From: a virus
Taxonomy: Duplodnaviria; Heunggongvirae; Uroviricota; Caudoviricetes
Strand: one strand, 5' to 3'
DNA length: 13,613 bases
IMG/VR virus record: IMGVR_UViG_2778261693_000009
Both the position numbers and the translations under genes were made by a program. Below, in pieces: positions 5,357-13,613 of this stretch (the stretch's first letter is position 1; every line of letters starts with the position of its first letter). The notes below the pieces were generated by a model. It saw only the letters and a program-made list of their open reading frames with translations, did no database searches and was not told the DNA's origin.

Positions 5357-8025
5357 CAATACAGACGGTTACGCAGATTTCAGCCGCCGCGCGGGGGAAA
5401 TGGCCCGTTATTCTGCAGATGCTGCGTATTGATGTACCTGAAAACGGCAGGCACGGTCCCTGCCCGAAATGTGGGGGCAAGGATCGTTTTCGCCTTGATG
5501 ACCTTGACGGGCGCGGGACGTGGATCTGCAGCCAGTGTGGCAATGGTGACGGTCTGGATCTGGTTAAGCTCGTAACCGGTTACAGCGTCAGAAAGGCTGC
5601 GCAGGAGGTGGCGCAGGTGCTTAATGTGCCGGATGTGCAGGAACTGCCTGTTAAGCCTGCCAGACAAAAAGCCCCTAAACGCGACATGGGTCTTACCGTG
5701 GCGGCGCTGATGAAAGAGAGCCACACGGGAGAAAGCGCCTATCTGACAGGAAAAGGGTTCGCCGGATACCCGGCCTCTCTGACCGGAAGCGTGCAGCATA
5801 TCAGCGGTAAGGATTTTCCTGCCGGTTCCCTGCTGTTACCACTCACGACCAACACCGGAGCCGTGACCGGTGCACAGCTTATCGCCCCGACGGGTGAAAA
5901 AAGCATACTGCCCGGCAGCACGATGAAAGGCGCGTTTGTGTCGCTCAGCCCGTTACCGTCTGAACCACCGGTACAGGTGGTGATTACCGAAGGTTACGCT
6001 ACGGCGCTGACGGTAAGCCAGCTCACTGCCGGATGCGTAGTGGCTGCCATATCTGCGGGCAACCTGCCCAATGTGGCGCAGTCGCTGCGGGCACGCTGGC
6101 CTGAGGTAAAAATTATCATCGCCGGTGATAACGATTTTCAGGATGGGGGGGAGAATCCCGGCAGAGCCTTTGCTGAACGGGCGGCAAAAGTTGTTGGCGG
6201 CTGGATGACGCTGCCACCAGGAGAGATTAAGGCTGACTGGAATGACTTTCATCGGGAGCACGGTATTACCCGTGCCCGTGAAGCCTTTCGCAACGGTCTG
6301 GTACTGTGCGGGGAAGGCCGCACGCAACTGCCGCACGGGTTCCGTCTTACCCAGGAATATCTCTGGTATGAAAAGCAGGTACAGCGCAACGGTGAGACGG
6401 AGATCCAGAACGTCAAAATATGCAGCCCGCTGCGCGTGACGGCAATCACCTGCGATGCCGATGGCGGTAACTTCGGACGACTGCTGGAATGGGAAGATAC
6501 GTGGGGTGAGCGTCGCCGCTGGGCGATGCCGATGGAAATGCTGAGCGGCAGTGGTGAGGAACTGCGCCGGGTACTGCTGGTTAACGGGCTGTCTTATATC
6601 AGCACTACCGGTGAGGCACGCGCACGCCTGATGGAATATATCTCACTGTGTAAACCGGAACGCCGCGTGACCTGCGTCAGCCGTACTGGCTGGCATGGTC
6701 AGGTTTACGTCCTGCAGGATGAGGTCAGCGGTGAAGGTGCAGAGGGTGTCATTCTCCAGACCACTTCCGTGCAGGGGCGTGATTTCCGCGTGTCGGGCAC
6801 AACAGAGGAATGGCGGGAGAACGTATCCCGCTACTGTACCGGCAACTCTCGCGTGGCATTTGCTGTCAGCCTGGCCTTTGCTGCACCACTGTTACGGCTG
6901 GTTGGTATGGACGGCGGCGGCTACCACCTCAAAGGGGAATCGACAGACGGTAAGACCACCACCATGAAAGCGGCAACCTCCGTCTGCGGCGGGCCTGACT
7001 ACTGGCAGACATGGCGGGCCACCGGCAACGCGCTGGAGGGATGCGCCAGCCGCCGCAACGATGCCGCCATGATGCTTGATGAGATCCGGGAAGTTGACGG
7101 ACGCGAGGCAGGCAATATCGCCTACATGCTGGCAAACGGTCAGGGCAAGGGCCGTGCCGGTACGGACGGTGAGCTGCGTACCCGTAAGCAGTGGCGCCTG
7201 TTGTTCTTTTCAACTGGCGAGTTGTCTCTGACCGAACATGCGGCAAAGGCCGGTGAGCGTACTTTTGCCGGGATGGAAGTCAGGATGATCCAGATCCCCA
7301 GCGATTCCGGGAAATTTGGCGTTTTTGAGGAGCTGCACGGCTTCGACAGCGGCAAGGCTCTGGCAGAGCATCTTGAATGGGCCACGTCCTGCTACTACGG
7401 TTCGCCGTTCCGGGAGTGGCTAAAAGCACTGACCGCTGATCTTAACGGACTAACGGCACAGGCAAAATCGCTGATGAAGGAATATGCTGCCGCCCTGACT
7501 CCGAAAGATGCAGGCAACCAGGTGGGCCGGGCTGTGAATCGCTTTGCACTGGTGGCGATGGCGGGTGAACTGGCAACCCGTCTGGGTATCACCGGCTGGC
7601 CTGAGGGTGAAGCACTGCGGGCAACCCGCGTCTGCCTGAACGCATGGCTGAAAGATCGCGGGCACACCGCCAATCAGGAAGATATTGCCGCACTGGAGCA
7701 GGTTCGCAGTTTCTTTACCGCGAATCAGTACAGCCGCTTTGCAGACTGGTATGACGAGCGCAACCGCCCCGGCAATATGGTGGGCTGGCGCAGGGTGGAG
7801 AAAGGCAGTACCGCGCAGGGCACGGAAGCTGTCACTACGTTCTATGTCATGCCGTCCGGCTGGAAAGAAATCTGCAGGGGATTTGACCCGCGCAAGGTGG
7901 CGCGTCTGTGCGCAGATCGTGGATACCTGCTGCCCTCCACTGATGGCAAACTCCAGACAACCATTCGCCCGCCAGAGATGAATCCCCGCAGGCTCTATGT
8001 CTTCAACAGCGAGGTGCCGGGTTAA
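5353..8025 (+). CDS. P4 alpha-like bifunctional DNA primase-helicase (zinc ribbon, TOPRIM, D5/SF3-type P-loop NTPase)
   Basis: 890-aa ORF with SD GGGGGAAG. Zinc ribbon C37-P-K-C40 ... C59-S-Q-C62. TOPRIM-like ITEGY (nt about 5984..6001) and AGDNDF (nt about 6121..6138). Walker A GESTDGKT (nt about 6934..6960) and Walker B MMLDEI (nt about 7066..7083). Confidence 0.9.
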   Translation: MTIQTVTQISAAARGKWPVILQMLRIDVPENGRHGPCPKCGGKDRFRLDDLDGRGTWICSQCGNGDGLDLVKLVTGYSVRKAAQEVAQVLNVPDVQELPVKPARQKAPKRDMGLTVAALMKESHTGESAYLTGKGFAGYPASLTGSVQHISGKDFPAGSLLLPLTTNTGAVTGAQLIAPTGEKSILPGSTMKGAFVSLSPLPSEPPVQVVITEGYATALTVSQLTAGCVVAAISAGNLPNVAQSLRARWPEVKIIIAGDNDFQDGGENPGRAFAERAAKVVGGWMTLPPGEIKADWNDFHREHGITRAREAFRNGLVLCGEGRTQLPHGFRLTQEYLWYEKQVQRNGETEIQNVKICSPLRVTAITCDADGGNFGRLLEWEDTWGERRRWAMPMEMLSGSGEELRRVLLVNGLSYISTTGEARARLMEYISLCKPERRVTCVSRTGWHGQVYVLQDEVSGEGAEGVILQTTSVQGRDFRVSGTTEEWRENVSRYCTGNSRVAFAVSLAFAAPLLRLVGMDGGGYHLKGESTDGKTTTMKAATSVCGGPDYWQTWRATGNALEGCASRRNDAAMMLDEIREVDGREAGNIAYMLANGQGKGRAGTDGELRTRKQWRLLFFSTGELSLTEHAAKAGERTFAGMEVRMIQIPSDSGKFGVFEELHGFDSGKALAEHLEWATSCYYGSPFREWLKALTADLNGLTAQAKSLMKEYAAALTPKDAGNQVGRAVNRFALVAMAGELATRLGITGWPEGEALRATRVCLNAWLKDRGHTANQEDIAALEQVRSFFTANQYSRFADWYDERNRPGNMVGWRRVEKGSTAQGTEAVTTFYVMPSGWKEICRGFDPRKVARLCADRGYLLPSTDGKLQTTIRPPEMNPRRLYVFNSEVPG

Positions 8026-8052
8026 GGCTTTGCGTGAGTCTTATTTATTAAG

Positions 8053-8247
8053 GGTAACAGGTGAAACAGGTGAAACAACCGTATTTTACAGGGCTGAACC
8101 TGTTCCACCTTCTGAAATAGTGAGGTGGAACAGATGTAACGCCAGCCAATCCGCTGTTCCACCTTGTTACCCGCGATGTTCCACCGGTGCAGTGTATATA
8201 AGTGCTTTATAAAACAAAGCTGTAACACATGTTTCACCTGTTCCACC
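8053..8247. repeat. Iteron cluster; candidate replication origin (P4 ori/crr-like) bound by the alpha protein
   Basis: Nine-mer TGTT(C/T)CACC in both orientations: GGTGAAACA at 8060..8068 and 8069..8077 (tandem, period 9, preceded by degenerate GGTAACA); TGTTCCACC at 8101..8109, 8155..8163, 8177..8185, 8239..8247; inverse GGTGGAACA at 8124..8132; TGTTTCACC at 8230..8238. An AT-rich stretch at 8191..8226 lies between clusters. Non-coding and immediately downstream of the primase-helicase gene. Confidence 0.7.
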
Positions 8248-8335
8248 GCATCAGGGACATAAAGCAGACTGAAACTGAGGGCATTTTTATCTGGCTGGCT
8301 TTCATAGCCACGTCTGAATAACCGCAAGCGCCCGT

Positions 8336-8391
8336 TGTGCCAGCCACCACACACTGAGTACCGATAGTGTGCTTGTGTCAGCCACGACACA
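8336..8391 (+). promoter_or_regulatory. Candidate Ogr/Delta-dependent late promoter (two TGT-N12-ACA dyads) upstream of the sid-like gene
   Basis: TGT(8336..8338)-N12-ACA(8351..8353) and TGT(8374..8376)-N12-ACA(8389..8391), both within 90 bp upstream of the ATG at 8426. The first dyad sits about 55 bp upstream of a plausible transcription start. Confidence 0.35.
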
Positions 8392-8425
8392 ATTGACGTA
8401 ACGAACCAACCCGACAGGAGAAGTC

Positions 8426-9169
8426 ATGAACAACACCGCAGTGAATAACAACCTTTCCACTTTTCCGGCTGTAACGCAGCGGGCACTGGAAACCATGAAC
8501 ACAGCCAGAAACGCATGGCTTGAAGCACGTCGTCAGCAGAAAGCGGCAGCGGATAATATTGCGACAATCCGCCAGCGTCGCGCTGAGATGGAAGCCACGA
8601 CGAACACACTGAATGAGGAGTGGCGCACGCTGTTTCGTGAAAGTCAGGGCGTGGTTTCAAAGGAAATGAAAAAACTGCGCACGGAAATTGCGCTGGGACG
8701 AGAAACGCTTGAGGATTTTGATGAGCTGCTGGCGGCTCAGGAAAGCGAAAATGCACTTTTGCCGCAGAAAGCTGCGGAATTAGCCGGAAAGTATATCCAC
8801 GCGCATAACATTCTTGTGGATATTCGCGCAAAACAAATCTGGGAAGATTTTATGCAATCGCATGGAAAAGCGCTTATTCAGACGCTGAGCCTGCTTAAAT
8901 CCACAATGGGCCGGGAAGCCAGTGCCGTTGTGGGTGTGGTGAATTCAGTTAATGACCCGGACACAGTGCTGAAAGACTTTATTCATAAACATATCACCAG
9001 ACCGGCTCTGGCTAACGATGCGATGCCTGAACAGGACCCGGTGTTTAAACTGGCGGGAATTGCCCCGGATTATGCGGCGCGTCTGGATTTCAGTAATCAA
9101 CTCTCTCCGGCAGCTATGCATAAAATTAAGGTTCGTCAGGAACTTGCTGAGAAGGAGAAAGCAGTATGA
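8426..9169 (+). CDS. Sid-like protein (candidate capsid size-determination scaffold); assignment by size, position and predicted helical character
   Basis: 247 aa (P4 Sid is about 244 aa). SD AGGAG at 8416..8420. Charged, helix-prone sequence rich in A/E/R/K/Q. First gene of a three-gene operon ending in an Ogr/Delta-like gene. Confidence 0.4.
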   Translation: MNNTAVNNNLSTFPAVTQRALETMNTARNAWLEARRQQKAAADNIATIRQRRAEMEATTNTLNEEWRTLFRESQGVVSKEMKKLRTEIALGRETLEDFDELLAAQESENALLPQKAAELAGKYIHAHNILVDIRAKQIWEDFMQSHGKALIQTLSLLKSTMGREASAVVGVVNSVNDPDTVLKDFIHKHITRPALANDAMPEQDPVFKLAGIAPDYAARLDFSNQLSPAAMHKIKVRQELAEKEKAV

Positions 9170-9717
9170 CGGCCCGAGGCACGCCTGACCAGGCACTTAC
9201 CAGTTTTCGGAATGCCCGTATTCTGTGGGCCGGACATAGTGAGAGCCGAAAAGCCGTTGAACAACAGATAGCATCTCTCCTCGCTGCCACAGAAAAACCA
9301 GCAGATTATGCCCGACAGCTCGAATTACTGCGGGAACGTCTGGATGTGCTGAAATGGCAAATTAACTGTGCTGCGCGCGAATGCATTTACTCGCAGCATT
9401 TACTGATGGAAGCCTGCACAGAAGCCGCTCTCAGCAATTTTATGCAGGCGAATGGGGCAGCCCTGACATCTGCACTGGCTCCGTTCCTGAAGGGGCGCGG
9501 GGGGGTTGACGTTGCGTCCCGTATATTACGCAGTGCTCTGGTTCGCCAGCTGACAATAACACCGCCTGAAATTGCCGGGGATTATCGTGAGATCCTGGAT
9601 GAATCCGGTTTGATGCCTGACCCCGGGATGATTCGTGATTGCCAGGGCTCTTACACCCCGGCACAACATCTGCGTTTTCAGCAACGCCTGAATGACATTA
9701 ACGATATACAGGAGTGA
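9166..9717 (+). CDS. Psu-like protein (polarity suppression / capsid decoration family); from size and remembered motifs
   Basis: 183 aa (P4 Psu is about 190 aa). Start overlaps the upstream stop (ATGA). Contains KWQINCAARECIY and FMQANGAALTSALAP, which resemble my recollection of P4 Psu. Shares the local motif FMQxxGxAL with the upstream 247-aa protein. Confidence 0.45.
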   Translation: MTARGTPDQALTSFRNARILWAGHSESRKAVEQQIASLLAATEKPADYARQLELLRERLDVLKWQINCAARECIYSQHLLMEACTEAALSNFMQANGAALTSALAPFLKGRGGVDVASRILRSALVRQLTITPPEIAGDYREILDESGLMPDPGMIRDCQGSYTPAQHLRFQQRLNDINDIQE

Positions 9718-9792
9718 TATTAATGGCACTTAAATGTCCGGAATGCGGTACAGTTGCACACGCCAGAACAGCAGCCTATGAAGCTCCGTCAG

Positions 9793-9796
9793 TTAA
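9793..9796. repeat. IS5 target-site duplication, left copy (TTAA)
   Basis: TTAA immediately precedes the left IS5 inverted repeat. Confidence 0.8.
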
Positions 9797-10991
<1,195 letters not shown>

Positions 10992-10995
10992 TTAA
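10992..10995. repeat. IS5 target-site duplication, right copy (TTAA)
   Basis: TTAA immediately follows the right IS5 inverted repeat. Confidence 0.8.
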
Positions 10996-11214
10996 ACGCT
11001 CGTGGTATCAGTGCCAGAATCTGGAATGTTCCTGCACATTTACGGCACTGGAGAGTGTGGATAAGATAATCATGAAACCCCGACGCAATGAACAGCTATC
11101 AGACAAAGCACAATCCCCGGAAAAACAACAGCAAACACTTAATCGCTATGGCTCCGCGTCAAAACTTTCAAGCCGTCAGCAGATTCCTGTCTGATTAGAA
11201 AGAACGCCCACGTA

Positions 11215-11240
11215 ATCCCGGTCCAGTACCGGGATTTTTT
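11215..11240 (+). terminator. Rho-independent terminator closing the late operon
   Basis: ATCCCGG (11215..11221) / CCGGGAT (11229..11235) 7-bp stem with a 7-nt loop, followed by a T-run (11235..11240). About 20 bp after the Ogr/Delta-like stop. Confidence 0.7.
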
Positions 11241-11402
11241 ATCCCCTTTTCCTGGCTGGCATGAGAGCGAATGAGTGCATGTCTATGGCGCATGAAAACG
11301 CATGAGTCTTATGCACCATTTTTGACGAGAAAACCCTTGTTTGGTGGCTTCTGAGACGATTTATGAGGTGCATGAAAACCAGTCTGTTAAGCGAAGCGGG
11401 CA

Positions 11403-11421
11403 GGCGTGCGGGGCTGCGCAC
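11403..11421. other. Candidate degenerate cos-like sequence (P2/P4-type cohesive end); low confidence
   Basis: GGCGTGCGGGGCTGCGCAC loosely resembles the P2/P4 19-nt cohesive end GGCGAGGCGGGGAAAGCAC as I remember it (about 12 of 19 ungapped). It sits between the late operon and the AT-rich cargo, where cos lies in P4. Confidence 0.2.
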
Positions 11422-11621
11422 GGAGGCGGAATAAATAGTAATGCTATGGATGCTGGGCACACATAGATAAGAGGTTTACAAATAGTATGCTTGTTGTCGT
11501 AACTGATAGGGGTCTATCAAAATCAGAAATCAAAAACAGTATTTCGTGTAATTTATAGAATTTTCACAGAAAACATATACAATCGTTTCTGATACAGGAG
11601 TCTGATTAAGTTGGGATTATT

Positions 11622-13613
11622 ATGGCCATTCAAAAAAAACAAACAAAAAATTCTGAAAGAAGTATTAAAAGCCAGTTAGAAAAACTTACGGCTGAAAAAG
11701 CCATTTCCGAATATATTTGGAATGCTTTTGATGCTGAAGCCACAAATATTAATATTACAGTTATCCCAAATGGTTTAAGTGGGATATCTTCAATAGAAAT
11801 TATTGATGATGGAACTGGCATCGATTTTAATGAAGTCGATGAAACTTTCGGGCAGTTTTTAGATTCCAAGAAGAAAGCAAAACGAACGCCTGTCACAAGA
11901 GGACATAAAGGTAAGGGGCGGTTTTCATTCTGTAAATTCGCTGATAAAGCCGAATGGACTAGCTGGCGTAATGGAGAGAAATTTACGCTAACTATAGTTT
12001 CATCACATCTAAATGAATATGAGCATTCAGATTTATCCATGTGCTCTCATAAAAATTCTGGAACTAAGGTGGTCTTTAATCCTGTAACAATTACTGAAGA
12101 TTATTTTAATTCAATAGTTATACCCTATTTGCAGAACGATATATCTTGGCTGTTGGTGGCCAAACCAAAATTAAAATTAAAAATAAACGGTCAATCTATT
12201 AGCCCAATAGGATATGCTTCAACTTCAAATAATATTGAATTTGGAGAGGTCGATTTTAATTCAAAAACAGTTATATGGTCTAGTAAACCTGTAGTAGAAA
12301 AATCATATATATATTATTTAAATAATCAAGGTGATATTGTTTACAAAGAGTTTTCTGAGATGAACAAAAAAGGATTTGATTGTTCATCCTATGTCACATC
12401 AAGTTGGTTTGATGATTTTTCTGAATCAAACGACTTGTTTAATGAATCGAAAAACAGTGTTGACTCAGATATTTTTAAATACATTAGCCTACATGTTAAA
12501 GGTAATTTAAGGGAAGAGTATAGAAAATATAAAAATAATGCAGCAGATCAACTCATTCAAAACTATTTAAATGAGGGTGTGTTTCCAGAATATAAAGGTG
12601 AGAATAGAATGCTCAATGAATTTAAAAGGAATCAACTCATTGAAACTATAAAGATAATTTATGAGGCCGAACCTCAAATTTTCTCCACACTAAACAAGAA
12701 ACAAAAAAAAATCTTAATTAAACTATTAGATAGAATTGTTGAAACCAATAATTTATCCAGTCTCTTTGACATTTTTGAAGGTATAGTTTCCCTATCCGAA
12801 GATGAGGTTGATAAACTTTCATCTGTAATAAAAAGAAGTTCACTTTCTAATATTACGAGGACTTTGTCATTTATTAATGATAGACTGGATGTTATTGATT
12901 ATTTTAAAAAAATACTATATGAGAAAAAGAAAGAATCATATGAAGTAAAGCACATTCAAAAGAGCATAGAAAATAATTTATGGCTTTTTGGAGAGCAATA
13001 CACTCTAGTTGCATCAGAAGATGATAAGTTTGATAAAGCTCTTAGAAAGTATCTGGAGAAGACTAAAGGTTTTAACGAAGCACATTATAATAAGTATAGT
13101 GTACAGCATCCAGATAAAAATAAAGAAATGGATATATTTGCAGCACAAAAAATAAAGCGTTACACTGAAAATAATGAAGAATATTTTCATTGCATTGTGA
13201 TTGAATTAAAGAAACCAAGTATAAAACTCGGTGATGAAGAACTCGCACAAATAAAGTTATATAAAAATATAATATCTGCGACTGATGAATTTAAAGACGA
13301 TAATACAAAATGGGATTTTATTTTAGTGGGAAATGATATATCTAATAGCAATATCACTGCTGCAAATTTATCATCAGATCTAGAAACGAATAAAATACAT
13401 GGTGAGTTTGGCTTGGTTCAAAAAACAACAAATATGAAAATTTACGTCAAAACGTGGAAGCAAATTTTAAATGAGTATGATCTTAGATATAACGACCTGA
13501 TCGATAAGCTTAAGTTGAAAGAGTTAGAAATTGCAGAAGATATGGGGCCTGATGAACTCACGGCAAAAATTTTAGAAAAAACGGCAAGACTTCCGACTTC
13601 GATACAGGCTTAG
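11622..13613 (+). CDS. GHKL-family (Bergerat-fold) ATPase with a C-terminal PD-(D/E)xK-like putative nuclease region; AT-rich cargo gene and candidate anti-phage factor
   Basis: 663-aa complete ORF whose stop codon is the last three bases of the window. Weak SD GGGA 5 nt upstream. N-terminal motifs: E30-x3-N34-x2-D37-A38 (EYIWNAFDA), D62-D-G64-T-G66 (G1 box), G94-x2-G97-x-G99-R-F (G2-like). C-terminal motifs: D504 (EMDIF) ... E528-L-K530 (IVIELKK) ... Q543. Very AT-rich by eye (about 30 percent GC), unlike the satellite core. Confidence 0.75.
   Translation: MAIQKKQTKNSERSIKSQLEKLTAEKAISEYIWNAFDAEATNINITVIPNGLSGISSIEIIDDGTGIDFNEVDETFGQFLDSKKKAKRTPVTRGHKGKGRFSFCKFADKAEWTSWRNGEKFTLTIVSSHLNEYEHSDLSMCSHKNSGTKVVFNPVTITEDYFNSIVIPYLQNDISWLLVAKPKLKLKINGQSISPIGYASTSNNIEFGEVDFNSKTVIWSSKPVVEKSYIYYLNNQGDIVYKEFSEMNKKGFDCSSYVTSSWFDDFSESNDLFNESKNSVDSDIFKYISLHVKGNLREEYRKYKNNAADQLIQNYLNEGVFPEYKGENRMLNEFKRNQLIETIKIIYEAEPQIFSTLNKKQKKILIKLLDRIVETNNLSSLFDIFEGIVSLSEDEVDKLSSVIKRSSLSNITRTLSFINDRLDVIDYFKKILYEKKKESYEVKHIQKSIENNLWLFGEQYTLVASEDDKFDKALRKYLEKTKGFNEAHYNKYSVQHPDKNKEMDIFAAQKIKRYTENNEEYFHCIVIELKKPSIKLGDEELAQIKLYKNIISATDEFKDDNTKWDFILVGNDISNSNITAANLSSDLETNKIHGEFGLVQKTTNMKIYVKTWKQILNEYDLRYNDLIDKLKLKELEIAEDMGPDELTAKILEKTARLPTSIQA

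Noticed and set aside
5380-7673. Several 60 to 140-aa ORFs on the minus strand and in alternative frames within the primase-helicase gene
   Set aside because: Nested in a gene with clear zinc-ribbon, TOPRIM and P-loop motifs; their translations are Arg/Pro/Ser-rich as expected from antisense reading of GC-rich coding DNA.
8053-8247. Possible CRISPR array
   Set aside because: Repeat units are only 9 bp, occur in both orientations, and have irregular spacing without unique spacers of uniform length; this pattern fits replication iterons.
8022-8831. Minus-strand ORFs (122, 66 and 135 aa) over the origin and the start of the sid-like gene
   Set aside because: They overlap the iteron region and a plus-strand gene that has a good SD and operon context; no independent support.
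11178-11196. AGATTCCTG near the end of the Ogr/Delta-like gene as a possible attR core
   Set aside because: The match to the tRNA T-arm (GATTCCTG) is only 8 bp and diverges immediately; it also lies inside a coding sequence.
11239-11460. 73-aa minus-strand ORF in the spacer after the late-operon terminator
   Set aside because: No SD, overlaps the terminator and the repeat-containing cos-like spacer; composition is not protein-like.
11630-12040. 136-aa minus-strand ORF antisense to the start of the GHKL gene
   Set aside because: Nested antisense within an ORF that carries a coherent GHKL motif set; in AT-rich DNA such antisense ORFs arise readily.

Overview
This window reads as the left end of a P4-like phage satellite (phage-parasitic integrative element) inserted at the 3' end of a tRNA-Arg(CCU) gene (argW) next to the host membrane gene yfdC (1..933). 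The organisation is P4-like but clearly distinct from the CPS-53 element that occupies argW in E. coli K-12. Element order, left to right: P4-type tyrosine integrase (1267..2541); an AT-rich orphan ORF (2572..3453); AlpA-family regulator (3556..3771); divergent ribbon-helix-helix protein (3821..4015, minus) facing a promoter/operator region; a translationally coupled operon of four small ORFs ending in an alpha-like primase-helicase (4132..8025); an iteron-rich origin (about 8053..8247); a Sid-like/Psu-like/Ogr-Delta-like late operon (8426..11194) whose Ogr/Delta zinc-finger gene is split by a complete IS5 (9797..10991, TTAA target duplication); a rho-independent terminator and a GC-normal spacer that may hold cos; then an abruptly AT-rich cargo gene (11622..13613). 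That last gene encodes a 663-aa protein with an N-terminal GHKL (Bergerat-fold) ATPase motif set and a C-terminal PD-(D/E)xK-like motif. It sits where P4-like satellites carry variable anti-phage cargo, and I consider it the best candidate for an undescribed single-gene defence system; the AT-rich ORF after int is a second candidate. The right boundary (attR) is not in the window. All calls rest on reading the sequence and ORF translations by eye; no database search or computation was run, and composition statements are visual estimates.
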